Shown piece after piece: positions 62,301 through 64,000 of a stretch of 64,000 nt of DNA (within the stretch, counting starts at the first letter, position 1; each line of letters begins with the position of its first letter). The notes beneath the pieces were generated by a model. That model saw only the letters and a list, made by a program, of their open reading frames with translations, had not been told where the DNA came from and did no database searches. Source of the DNA: Candidatus Omnitrophota bacterium (GTDB taxonomy: Bacteria; Omnitrophota; Gorgyraeia; Gorgyraeales; Gorgyraeaceae); NCBI GenBank assembly GCA_003485765.1, contig DNHS01000011.1:9929-73928 (forward strand), given 5' to 3'. The position numbers were made by a program, and so were the translations under genes.

Positions 62301-64000
62301 TTCAGTATTTCAGTCCTTGCGCTAGTATCAGGCATTGTCCCAGTTATCTTAAAGGTTTTGTTTAGGATAGATATACCTGATTGGCTGCCATACCTTAATA
62401 TAGTGACTGTGCCACTAGCTGCATTCTTATTTGGATTAGCTATTTCTATACAGCATACGCTTGACTTGTTAAAAGATACGCTTCAAATCAGAGATGGGCC
62501 ATCAGCAATAAGATGGATTGATTCTCTCTTTAAAAAGAAAACTCCGTCACTTATTGCTGAATTTACAGAATCTGATCAAATTAAGCACGATTCCACCAGT
62601 TACATTGCCTATTATTCTCAAAAAGATAAATTGATCCATATAAGGCGCGAAGCTGTCGAGCAATACCAAGACTATATCCAGCGTCTTATCTACATTAAGG
62701 AAAAAACTCAGCAAGCTCTTAACCAGCCCAAGCTTCCTAATGAAATCATATCCTATGCAGTAATGATTTTAGCAATTGCGCCTGTAATGAGCTTGGAGTG
62801 GAATAGAGGAATTAGATATGCCAGCCTTGGAGCTATGTACTGGCGTCTTTATCAGCATAGCAGTATGCCAAAACATCTGACTGCCGCAATAATCTATTAT
62901 GAAGAGGCAATTAAAGAGGGTGTCTGGAAGAAAATTATCCCCCTGAAGATTCGGCAGGCTATAGAAACGAGAAATACCCCTTATGATAGCGATATGGGAG
63001 ATACTTCATGGCAGGATATAGAAGTATTTGCTGAAAGAGGCCGTGAGGCTATAAAAAATATACTTGGGCAATTAAAATCTGAGATTGAGGCATTTCAAGA
63101 AGCTATCTTCGATGGGCACATAAAATTAAAGTCAGTTGAGCAGTTTCGGCATATAAATAACTGGGTGCATAAGCTCTTTCTGATAGAGGTTGAGCTTCAG
63201 GATAATAAATCCCTTTCATTCTATCTTGTCTATCCAAAAAAAGGAGAAATGCGTGTTATTTTGAAGGGCCCAAAACGCATAATGGCTGATACAGGAAAGA
63301 CCCACCAGGAGCCAGATATTGAGATTAGTTCTCTTCAGAGATATTATGAGGAAATAGAGGATATTGTAGGATTTCTACAGAAGGAATTCAGAAATCCTAA
63401 TGTTTTTCTGGGAGAAGTTAGGTATCTTCGAAAAAAAAGAAGCGCGCAGGTTTTCTTTTCTATAAACTCAGAACATATACAACTTGCGCGAGCAGCTAAT
63501 CCGCTTATCAGTTTTTTGGCAGGGCAATTACCCGATACCTCGTTTGCCTTTCATTCTGCCATTTGCTGGGTAGATACTGAATCTATGGAAAGATATGACG
63601 GAATCGCAGGGGTGCGCTTTGTATACCTGCCTCGCAGCTGGCTTAGACAGCTTACGCCTAAAAAAATCGCAGATATAGGGCACGAATGGTTTCATATCAT
63701 ATGGACAGCATGGCTGAAAAAGGAAATAAAGATTAAAGAACGGCAAACAGGTGGGGCTATACTGCGAGAAGAGGAAATTAGCCATCTCTCAAGGATGGAT
63801 AGGCTGAGGGGATTTGCGTTAAAAGAAGAAGCGCTCTTATCTCTGAGAAAGTGGCTTGCATCAAGCTCTATTTACCGCTTTATTTTTGAGGAAGAAGAAA
63901 AAAATCCCGAAGAGTTCCGAAATGACTTAGCCGAGGAAATTATTGCGCAACTTATAGAGGCTATATTTAAAGGCGATGCTGCCATAGTCAAACCAGAGGA
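35394..64000 (+). CDS. Giant multidomain membrane-anchored protein, 3' partial. It reaches at least 9,535 codons without a stop and runs off the window.
   Basis: Frame 0 (positions divisible by 3) was translated manually from the ATG at 35394; an in-frame TGA lies at 35385-35387. No stop was encountered through nt 64000. The ORF track lists no + strand frame-0 ORF over this 28.6 kb, which is consistent with a single unterminated frame. Spot checks at 45000, 49980, 56100, 63480 and 63960 all read as sensible protein. Signal peptide MLDWQNKTWIKIISTVLIVAFLTYDIAWA. Neighbouring genes use TAA, TAG and TGA as stops. Confidence 0.7.
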   Translation, partial: MLDWQNKTWIKIISTVLIVAFLTYDIAWATDFTPLQKKQYTSRSLFKNKKVDQTTISSQNEQSLETIKDALSHKKNNNTKDSIYHKDSTLSLKASYINDIANIYINDTLGKVIDSYTSPNSKGTVIHIQDLHTNPEASLNLANILEILIKDYDLNLVCSEGASGIVDTSSVSNFPDKDVREKVARVFINSGELTGEEYLSITKYPNLPIWGIEDKDTYFQHIIEFNKIIKFSKDALNLINQIKDELNNLKPKIYSKALLDLDSKEIEYQESKLDTTKYLEYLLNLAKEITSEATSKSSPRNDISLSNYKNITIFKETLNLEKTIDQSKIIKESQEILSSLQSILKDKDNKNELKSLSIKASLFKDKKISPFSFYSYLDELARRHIKDLDSYTNLINFVSYLKKINSLDSNKLFNEIEELTFDIKDLISDNPNQKLLTKALRNIHFLESFFNLKVSNEELEYYLKDKDSFKVTFFESYLKENLQKYNIDSFINYNPDLIDKNLPDLENFYGLAHKRDLAMFNNTTSEIETRKPKLTALIAGGFHTQGITKLLKDNNYSYVVISPYSKTTIDEENYRNLLAGKRKPLKELIKGLNEKLRPLMGFVNRGVRKDYNNQVPPTLRVLGIIIAEAQPLAERVTMLLAVAGGQTTEPVTTLAAIAPDLHTVVTSTESVLPDVRIEGIKPEVTATVPLAYSSADLTMTDPLEAVLPSATSTSRVEAAVVSLTDETSASYTTTTQVFAPPGAVTTTMQEQLAILPPEEVVTFTGPTIGRTSISTVTSAAALPKAKTVVSTVTTAVAGASVMFFQQQGTNEPFSTAFLLSAIAVGIISIALLVFVLWHSKRAQEIDEVEHFFNEEAYDSDSIIVPLDRGEIVKKAPFIIMTILAWIYFAAHLEMSHKFVWLLLIVSLGFYGGGVLSNIIEPLLSEHMESRDFKSLRGANPADLFQLANAIVSYGIIGYFMGPVMNLDTFPAIVLGIAVGLLFYRFHIYHHFIERYFKAYTKFKNDPYSIAITNGQPMPLWLSPLYKIYDVAFYILGIFEVLLPILAVKTLISPAMEGAILPLDSGSPQLALFAGTILASFKSAGTRISHWKSDLSAVLRTHVKLLPIVLIILASGLNLVFGVAMQSQGGGLQFELLFPILAFISAVSVFIWLSWKLPDGLPKPMIMFFAAAAAYIVVGYGLPLLIYNAHVFAYGLGVPGLPTPWPTGTPIPTLTPVPTWTPTMTPTATSTPLPTFTPVPSSTPFAPGSTLQPPLIDQSQGDFMGPVWSALAIAGFYMFMCVTALIEFGKSLSIRAKAGIVVIPVLLMWLAVYYLDPALALALNQLWSDLWLSLTTGLTGSLLEPGTSQLALSAGTTLAVSAALLGKTHKSIDEIEKVVLSGALEPGQRVELMLEMAGLLKAADNEAGGASDTGEQLPLFEAETLTSPARLVIETQEGKSLYDTAREKIVAPFLDALSGWIQVIQQGPTNMPKGLGRLVGDARNIFGLSEVIGHRSRQDLDTMWQKDKPDPFLLWTNWEQYKDTSDSKDILLRDAIAMRLWEMLIGLINTRLVKLEKDFLNEEAEHNLKDAELKLMDPNAKTIAHFPQMSSIRAQINGLAAARKAIVLSGPAELYKMLTAIKLGKSSEWTLTQRNHVKEFLNQHIDGGVYQIKLIRILEVLNEWQEEHFVVISAPSEMQPIALINQRLAALFDPATFAEGLRLVAATVTDAQGFTKRLAIVIQAVVGDGAGEKAQMNRKAIAIALVGLLEQSNPQTAIVLVAQTIRALVEDKPGLAYDLAGDLAGLSPERFNQVVDGNIEVLGNIMNALGWGQLPALNQSEAVINKMEQVELNADPIDALTSGPLDDVFFQQLNAELSPETRKTIRRIPSLAAFLLGLKPIFYNSRNNPNIHRVVLNMIEAPSVQKRLAAGQWSMSQSPWRGIILASRDWISQIDDVLKIALADANREALAKQVFDAAGEFFARTHGNPLTLEEQTQVLDTVNSQLATLPYDEVLEGVVCGIPLLDAVLFGVFRGLPETFHLPFGGLPSEFSIPNLRYFNQRFPAAPDYVVFTQFFAERLKKWDSKIAQAYGRMEHNGYSNSGSVYIDMVNPEIGMLRNQVEVILEAARKVGKSIKIWLRVKHRVSIDTNKLPEERRWLGDIVNRADGDSIEGILSALEKAGVDTSILPDDYNSRLNTYITTLAQLGKALVIDPTQEVSPQQGADFNEAFEQCRMALESAGFNGPPESEDLLIPSDMTDSYLIFERISARWNNLITSLASEVYNQTLKATNNPDAAWVAANLILTTNGAEGVSLTTSPLIIKDDTFNNASKLLSPLAHLGLVTASSILNLGAGDTLDISIVAAEAEPAPKLAYDANRKTGAALVMGARDGLPAEALEVFASDTRDNSLWATAAVEPVAVSKMHADVADDITVVSIDQNLPTADLVHDVLEALKLTLMVEGDADESAATLQQHEAHLLVEAKRVKDVREIAKKGAKDYVAEHLNTEVVIEEHTPSYVPLSTEDIENKSLRKAIGRINRELIARHPITAGVLAELYDIALGRKKDGVDEADSFRKLVTVIAEAMRQEAEKQPSPGTSPIEDFPVRLLLRDGECYFVTRRTMLTLPEFVSGVTQAHGVLLPQAVDWSIFAQHVWDSMILRGEALQAVVERAMVLQEAFLKETARSYTKTYGQSFQTVRTIQGLVEVPPDTYRFTDLYPDLLQTGDTLRQQLPSIDPVRRIIAGAKQPLETEADIERLVEQPAREVVRHLKRLGVQTDTANAYGSGLKRVSWEGPDGNFYITLLQRESYNIEALSTEPLQPKAPTDMVLEELSEWIGDRPQQLAKQYEAKLEALQEQHADNPEALANALEAFHAERQAALQKFAEEIFSKTIESLAAMSVDDQIAHTLANFITQWALAITGAYSVSATESHPQGRFLYPAGCLARGIEGLTRKMYQDIRREGLSCSFNRDKTRRTSVYPEAVSFALCPDEMFASGRTTAIDKFGPSKSKDNVTFVLDPEWVKANKGKFKLVGSVFDPSGPSRIRYSEGLELLGLEKHEYEVEVRVIGTDLFVGNRDEIHFISISQEQFEDIPPEAILGIIARPEKIIEMLQWDRELGLGSLPMFAWKREPYVRKLSLFDPDVEETNAQLALKVITEAKNRIAQAGDLETIRAMNDIFEFARKLGAVEIEGEEAGSCFTSEMGILALDENGWGIIEEMRKDASAFNHLRESDGYIQLLARLGEYDKVNGPGIYFNREAVLQREREQRYKVTKSYFVIKLYELLVSEFNLIDIDFYQTTFYKHPIVLEGGFRFASLMGPDELQVILTLIKKYMDSRFLSREGIREYIVKLMEDSGTQEFHEESLEMFTSGVDRDMLRALRSQPAVVPAPAGNDSETAGTGYFSGEKWADIFSGRSSQIKDNDLTAHYQERILRVVEDALRKNSLDDTDRAIFQAVANGLRQGAYYIYGFKGIVVGSNDYCLGLHSFNPGFSRLFLATDVMAELETVGGPELVDAYFLRLLQSSSSQRYNMSLENAMLRGFIDGERHFIELRGFKTPETERLAEETAREFLEYTVVREYLRASGVYQGFDLQKLCGFILDETTGAWQPPEIEGGRRLKLYVSASEDIEQLRREIRNGLWHVLRVTPRSIEGRLTSEAKKILPPEVIEQIERIGSWDLAKWTEDDFNAITLSGRAIYLKLLNPIRIGNETFEAVRLIGSVALELLPPLLIPHRRGRGLNIDSKGAIERGGFDPLGGLILEGALTETETLLLLRQAGYDVSYPCGHYRYPGQVFEGDETGFSVMLMHEGQEKRMFDQWGEIMNTSGFSRGRHVLGPIYKMGRFSRWIQENLGRTWPGQHYTNVSLTGAELRSVRFHDFKESKVLPDNIAQAVGLRFLDIAEFVMHNEYSIKMGADSEQAIERVATELKLAKAYLEGYFADLLNKPDPRIVNFLTEEEFPNTIEFIKSVMRNSIPSGEYYSVPIYQIKHPLIALLIELEEKRQSRRERLASPGGLGTSSDISSSVASSLMGVRNDSLRVIPLAEMTLRKVPKKPVEQGEPVSEEINTAVTAEAENAAAAAKAQKVDTVQAEAVVGNAIQSLIHLTNQVTNLINNMGEGKYASQPNALEGIQRQLKAVVERVVDVDKIPASTSGIDVVKGQIRTLEILLGFLEALEPGKSATGMAPEQADSPDSLANIISQLQIILAQFQAERVKLGNKIEEWRFQRSLTGLSGLEKFLGAVIALTAIIIAPFGIGYLAGGISGVVAVWFALFLLTVSWAPLDWFMKEDWKAGTVSLGIATLALLFLPKFGVSAADYLIYPWTAWMAIGMFRMILGGIRGNRNDFSAVEADAYQGIDFSQIAVNLRNSWPVRLLNWLTFSVIFPAIQLVSEQIRQALSDDEFKKQIAALGDTIVQSYQEAVTAGNALQETVKDVQGEMEAIQGEMGRLSINVETAGNEITGLFSQFKELEKLSQKLEDEIGQARQEVEKRWADALPAARAKAEQVKALHSQMSALADDSQVHIDRIHTFDHERKQALLARFSALRESIEKLNSGVAKTKEVLDALELQVQKSRNSLKQRNLAVAQQHVNTGKQLVALAEQLLEQVDKGVRDAELEWEPAITDDAVSQGQFEVNLEQEKEALRVDKQRMADLLLKAASLVEEMVIEKQVIRAETAHVITNARAAGGQLRRATMTMEESLEAIRLRSGGLSGEVDTAGQKLQEALDKLGKSRSAADKEIGNIIQARAKGDTALKEIGRFRDDLIGKRVDSKSVQTKLLELSLQVEQAQDAINTAGETAKALLPNQKIWNEALQAMMLVARTAHDVLSRQYERTRLAEERLTEAEAVNMSGSEEYQALIASGQAEKLAMASLNADIETMISRGLADIAESLLATRAQRALLIKTYTDWIASVKAARENMGQQLALFGEALERIDYLIEERKSQKALQLSLQAKFRQLEEELRPGEVTLEIRGEDWIRMIGDENLLRVLIEKNPFLRVDNIAYVLSNNGAPVILYIRIQVLSPDERIFRPIEVGFGFEARQETLRIAKERMQELRAISDPLLKLLEDMREQFGIPETAIKWEDSRSSVKGRMLVRRLPPAEEDKGIPIQDVFGYGILGAIEKSRQPEWVDQLIKAQETEPGSLLEEFVRFMESGRTTTDPRSRPGWASSGGWGSAMPAERKLQEVSLVTADSAVMHRPNVGWHNDAGRLWRRQGIGGLLPIFTRMFKAVGIDGLKRILFFQPLLEWLCFTVLPSSIAIYITGQPITSPEGLLIFGVVGVFMQIPFLLGHISDKRLLLPAALVAIGASLPGALLVLGFSLPLAVVALGPLIAHIAINSVFRIYLLSIDTLPSNSDAFSEISARAPPFVLRAIWLRLVINNVLKVISEDKKVILTGHNNYEAIKEVYYEIARRKPEALDKIYIRPKYITKNITPRVKAKLDKLKSKYPDTLPLNILINVTIIEGKDGIRIYRAPLLRELKNNEVYRLNLESSVQNGVGEFALRKENFPADDPERVIVCELAGRLVSGVITYIKEGDIPNTYNMLRDEFENKEVLLKGEVTLWCYWIFSRSITLWPKALIYFIGEWIKFISSGRRTPKPSWKKIKLRGLGSQTVDAVIEYVKHLKTIFGDDVQIVIAAYSRASEYYKFHAKVMIENENDYINKFFKQFNVIWGGHSGINYYPYAVVKKETEDKYNKAGFDELFAYLLWLKDKKYKLAEAHKYFGLFLIEHQEYRVFDDTIWFHCRNALAKGMVPVVGPVQLNSRPEDIEGGYANVPVFYRGEQRRQIITNSILNNEAIKNRLGDAEGAELRTIYDNIIDLAVQAIIDGEVNKEKLDKLCGDLRGRAPSNPEKIGEFLLDLYYLLRNENYFNLEKQTLLKIFTRLFAELIAPFRMTRPADVRYPAKMADNISKALDNSISRAETLIAKIGGEFRVKETKLSDIETTIEFVNETDKPFISCQKIRVSSEVEITQIRFEDGANVEIIAKGDAENRSYIMVDGSMSVTYPALKKVLEALGIEISKIEKIIITHADMDHAGGALNLARESEKPVYVHRDFQKILKSRFHYKANNQDEHLLDYLCTMVFKIMSDFREPDGIKNIFYYKESSVSREFGGLGFNMLAEEGFGDTKILVLEAGGHTQDGIIIMLTDNKYNPLGIISGDVCIPKTIKPEQARFVFTLQRLSGQLNLDEGTLKKTEEALLSVEGIRIWPGHGKSYMTGKRIDRDLSDAARMPLLQPFYDRFGSGWVGQALMPTLIESVLGGILFTTIINLLGTFIFGIPFSFGPPSQEILFGFFLLFHLLHLPGALAEVPGATNLQQLKFAFSGGKLLTTLPAFILVALGLLDPMSGLILHTILHFVENIFWRDINKHYRIVSRDLNSSWGRNLIEKQYESMEINSSLYQLFFILILPFYALKKLLQHVSVATIEGIKEACGQLSKGYSEAGKKLPQGFSYLDELEKDDIIATIKLVNPEVITPHEKAADASELYKVIAATGIFSWPRVLIFSQIKYDKKEDRFVKLDDSLLLDFIMDTPVPKFIIAEFFIRNFITPFLLFALNSRFSAVFVRRSILHSGFFSWPIIVAKAPTGSLYEYVIVDGTNRWNVARILGLELVPVQVVDYEAEEPATGKKLIKIGRWDMLARIKPSDWEEFKVFCKSERIGLFEMTDLNQSIGEFNGAPFARFCYVDENDKIAWYALGDPGDRSIINSGSHGFKKAFNLVYDYMLAKWIHEGIARDKIPNAHELDISKMQKGDLLILRPMLTKEEILASANTGAWIGVKTERHVLDGLIGRVVGGVAVPLTTLMGLDGSPDEVNMKLHNDLANARWVRFHKDSWLDRFYGESTLAPEFPFGIKTSLIFKDVSNGFVLQFKGYRDIGRLIFNLRNFFKLPWLAAALSSFAIVPFDNLNPSILLDSSTIESLFSINIIFVFLGIFALIILTLTPLNPIAGIGLYRLLQAPYKIAPQKFTTTLSRKQWEDFRNPHWIYSISNIFPSGVKMLAERFLWTTFVQQQVIRLILDEFRPEATAQSHFFGRLYSNLIINSIKLLRPKLLALNMISILAVMLFSPSGALFILSITVTVIASIIMFVYGEHLRARIVRRGFEVGQYAHLKENLPSDREMPLFHKAFDFLIEKSNVSIQKPGFFRDSGDLAIFHVMNVAERFAGRVKSMKQRYPDLNWILPGNLSGKDKGSNFEDELFAASMLHDIIESKQATLDEIEQRFGRRVRYYVQLLTKDDVDESLPPEELEREEAKRDRKYLEGLYSGIHKTPQKDKPWGLPCLLIKLEDRMSNIETIDAFKDEQGKSSIERQIEYLNETVSLMLFGHFAYLSICKDDGSLEKALLDDVLNNLKEKLYENYRRLETCGLSQEELKKLAFIKERLEAIERLAEFHGDIFKIGSISIPLTLDYVLLAEANFRYLNKEDANKRRQKELAVGNILEAYRLAGVSILHEARANWPLLEAVAIFDEAITCQAQLGKEDLNNAQEIFAKIAMLMEPSGFETQYKNIFINKRPQEEGLRYFVLINQPFGRERAILAVSTLLPVEDRDVKKALRRNLRASAGLRDVETPKAKVDKIRSYLKKVLNLLEICDENIEKTVDNVFNHMSSFTAERRQASLMKLSWLCKAWGEMSDLRIAKLQAAILLGNPLLHSAIFSKQQLPEEDLEIVKEIEEYAASYYRGGFKELMRQVFRRYFSRTLVNDELKSQYNELLALAGDDKFWDLLWECSEKEDLTPPDLNLLSVCINDCFSNLPIATSAQRKEVFEIISWAKMEGFLNEAVGLLSEKGIPRKGDIRHPLLVLLLSYLQNPTEERKALLIGVLKELAQPETHIKVSEVETMFKTDLAPLISLAEENETIGKALKIAHKAYNGRFFLGGAQRYIDHAMLYAAHVLKLAKELDLPLSIQENLICAALLHGLEQDIDGIKTYLISEGELDKTAAEHIAKLATKVRDVTKIPYFPPESGTYFIYNHMNLIIQEAASPEVMLLAFCDRLASISVVGNIPSNLKQYADYVIREAKQIYIPLAERLGLSSVAGELRERIFFLEQRDVYLATRERLLKYEMFGRGMDYEEAKRRWEEDERLQLENELKNLETRVPGLIIETLSLRTKNIYSIREKTQRKPDEYPGPESERDIFGIKILINSRDYLARVLEFLSNRYGVKTVGAEEKHRLYKVYHLNLQDEQGRYIEIQIFWDKAEYLKERTGEYAHWVKKASEETGEKFSPDKVENDMGKLVPIELTGDFFEDFNAIHGSPVIRNWVYVVYHPDGRALRLKRGATSADFASLPRIDRFDANFSGITIAKTSLDLISPREIQDEEEQALLIYHDMISVAIREHLERGLNNEISPGAEILSFKKKNEYLLGSEGEKRKAEIERTAKHLRTILLLRLLSLSKPAEFRAEKIERGKKALARTLGIDIKRDFQMRTFLRPLVYQYDLADADELYICLALAEEGDRAIKERLFDLSDIREMAKNIGQEILEKEKIQLMDKDLTNFNFESKEQLYIALATGQIETSEIIKRRTSNKDLFVKNMFEKQISFDWAAFRRGEDTSLKILAGAFIDTEQYVLLYDLKIIKGKHIIIKNANISNPRDFVLLELVIGMLKDHGAKVTVSGLQLAYLDTPEGRLHTVILKGIIERLSKGTHDFKKASKTRRITPKPDQILCLGAQKQGLAQTLAEKFNIGYAEVSVTPSADEWPLVTLPELQKNLKHVMLVADSATDEDVLKIQLTVALLKAKGVKEVIIVDPYIRYSRQHHFEVNKIGQAGSNSFKTFLDILDGFSGGDFRVSALFGANIHAVKYDDKTGDRILAVGGYTGGIDVIDIDVLPEVAKYFVQKFNLGPKKLFVMATDKGSNFYAQNVVNFLRTLGLDVEFVYVKKIRISETKVIFEKQIFRKIQGEEAEIDLDELKEADVLVTDDELRTGGTLRELCDLLMKDLEIGRVFVGFTHAIFSKGPEASRDMFNDLLEQGRMAASNSVISVTERNEVLPEKINVDRYIVDSIYSHIGSNSSANNLKQLTHHIIPSELFSISVLALVSGIVPVILKVLFRIDIPDWLPYLNIVTVPLAAFLFGLAISIQHTLDLLKDTLQIRDGPSAIRWIDSLFKKKTPSLIAEFTESDQIKHDSTSYIAYYSQKDKLIHIRREAVEQYQDYIQRLIYIKEKTQQALNQPKLPNEIISYAVMILAIAPVMSLEWNRGIRYASLGAMYWRLYQHSSMPKHLTAAIIYYEEAIKEGVWKKIIPLKIRQAIETRNTPYDSDMGDTSWQDIEVFAERGREAIKNILGQLKSEIEAFQEAIFDGHIKLKSVEQFRHINNWVHKLFLIEVELQDNKSLSFYLVYPKKGEMRVILKGPKRIMADTGKTHQEPDIEISSLQRYYEEIEDIVGFLQKEFRNPNVFLGEVRYLRKKRSAQVFFSINSEHIQLARAANPLISFLAGQLPDTSFAFHSAICWVDTESMERYDGIAGVRFVYLPRSWLRQLTPKKIADIGHEWFHIIWTAWLKKEIKIKERQTGGAILREEEISHLSRMDRLRGFALKEEALLSLRKWLASSSIYRFIFEEEEKNPEEFRNDLAEEIIAQLIEAIFKGDAAIVKPE
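37830..39490 (+). other. Giant protein: first polytopic transmembrane region (about a dozen hydrophobic helices) containing a Pro/Thr-rich linker at 38979-39150
   Basis: Runs of 20-25 hydrophobic residues (e.g. FLLSAIAVGIISIALLVFVLW; IIMTILAWIYFAAHL) and the linker GLPTPWPTGTPIPTLTPVPTWTPTMTPTATSTPLPTFTPVPSSTP. Confidence 0.5.
47990..50200 (+). other. Giant protein: second TM cluster (47990-48450) followed by a roughly 570-residue coiled-coil-like region rich in A/E/Q/L/K/R heptads
   Basis: Hydrophobic helices (VIALTAIIIAPFGIGYLAGGISGVVAVWFALFLLTVSW...) are followed by heptad-like sequence such as LQETVKDVQGEMEAIQGEMGRLS...LEQEKEALRVDKQRMADLLL. Confidence 0.45.
53260..53930 (+). other. Giant protein: metallo-beta-lactamase-fold domain with a variant metal-binding motif (TH-A-D-M-DH-AGG instead of HxHxDH)
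   Basis: IIITHADMDHAGGALNL at 53352-53386, then downstream LEAGGHTQDG, ...GDVCIP... and IWPGHGK, matching MBL motifs 2-5. It resembles the glyoxalase II THxHxDHAGG signature with a His-to-Asp substitution. Confidence 0.5.
55030..55115 (+). other. Giant protein: ParB/sulfiredoxin-like (DGxxR) nuclease-fold motif
   Basis: YVIVDGTNRWNVARILGLELVPVQVV resembles the ParB N-terminal domain core. Short match identified by eye. Confidence 0.3.
56640..57260 (+). other. Giant protein: SpoT/RelA-type HD (p)ppGpp-hydrolase-like domain with intact catalytic residues
   Basis: AIFHVMNVA (His), AASMLHDIIESKQAT (HD plus ED..T) and LLIKLEDRMSNIETI (Asp) align with SpoT YITHPLAVA / AALLHDVIEDT / LIKLADRTHNMRTL. 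Confidence 0.6.
58821..60180 (+). other. Giant protein: complete long-RSH N-terminal module. It has a degenerate HD (HG instead of HD), a RelA/SpoT nucleotidyltransferase ((p)ppGpp synthetase)-like domain and a TGS domain.
   Basis: KIAHKAYNGRFFLGGAQRYIDHAMLYAAHVLKL...AALLHGLEQD aligns with the SpoT HD domain. The synthetase motifs are DIFGIKILINSRDYLARVL, YKVYHLNL, RYIEIQIFW and EYAHWVKK (compare D.xGIR, GYQSLH, EIQIRT and AHWxYK). The TGS-like segment is VYVVYHPDGRALRLKRGATSADFA. Confidence 0.65.
61200..62190 (+). other. Giant protein: full-length ribose-phosphate pyrophosphokinase (PRPP synthetase, Prs)-like domain
   Basis: ILCLGAQKQGLAQTLAEKFNIGYAEVSVTPSADEWPLV aligns with the Prs N-terminus ([35 protein letters not shown]). 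VIIVDPYIRYSRQHH aligns with AVIPYFGYARQDRK. VLVTDDELRTGGTL aligns with the PRPP-binding loop ILVDDMIDTAGTL. The whole domain is about 330 residues. Confidence 0.6.

Noticed and set aside
39314-63785. Dozens of 60-150-aa ORFs on both strands listed by the track between 35.8 and 64 kb
   Set aside because: All are off-frame or antisense to the continuous frame-0 ORF that I translated manually. None has a plausible RBS or recognisable product. They are treated as overprinting noise.
35394-64000. Possibility that the giant ORF is an artefact of stop-codon reassignment
   Set aside because: Neighbouring genes terminate normally with TAA (ahcY), TGA (metK, RND permease) and TAG (lptF/G-family). All three stops are therefore in use as terminators in this genome.

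Overview
This 64 kb window comes from an AT-moderate (roughly 40% GC) diderm bacterium; LptF/LptG, TolC and RND efflux genes indicate an outer membrane. Positions 1-35,260 carry densely packed housekeeping and accessory genes, almost all on the + strand. They are: a three-gene glycerol-3-phosphate-dehydrogenase-like oxidoreductase cassette (GlpA-like / FAD oxidoreductase / DUF1667); a NUDIX hydrolase; a lipoprotein carrying a retropepsin-like aspartic protease domain; a MarR-TolC-MFP-RND efflux operon with a small P-II-like gene; rlmN and radC; a tRNA array (Arg-TCG, Lys-CTT, Leu-TAG, Gly-GCC) with a 169-aa AT-rich ORF nested between tRNA-Leu and tRNA-Gly; a nitrogen-PTS cluster (ptsN, yvcK, ptsH, ptsI); a PGI/PMI gene and a sugar nucleotidyltransferase; metK and ahcY, overlapping by 4 nt; two lptF/lptG-family permeases and comF on the minus strand; genes for TPR, PilZ, PG-binding, RluA, CNNM/CorC-like and HI0933-family proteins; and miaB, miaA and hflX. 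A GC-shifted four-gene island at 29.1-31.9 kb has an operator-rich promoter, an AbiEi-like regulator, an AbiEii-like nucleotidyltransferase, a calcineurin-like phosphoesterase and a P-loop kinase. It looks like a defence/toxin-antitoxin module joined to a split Pnkp-like RNA-end-repair pair. The main feature is a single uninterrupted + strand reading frame that starts at 35394 behind a textbook sigma-70 promoter. It runs off the end of the window, giving more than 9,500 codons (over 28.6 kb) with no stop. The six-frame track does not list it because it never terminates inside the window. Manual translation shows a signal peptide, an AT-rich K/N/I-rich N-terminal region, several multi-helix transmembrane bundles, Pro/Thr and Thr/Val linkers, and a long coiled-coil. 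It also shows recognisable enzymatic modules: an MBL-fold domain with a variant metal motif, a ParB/Srx-like domain, and a SpoT-like HD hydrolase domain. A complete RelA/SpoT-homologue module (degenerate HD, (p)ppGpp-synthetase-like, TGS) is present, followed by a full ribose-phosphate pyrophosphokinase (PRPP synthetase)-like domain. This giant, membrane-anchored protein with two pyrophosphokinase modules is the most novel feature of the window. A family of four roughly 40-bp palindromic intergenic elements sharing a GACAATGTC-type core is also present.
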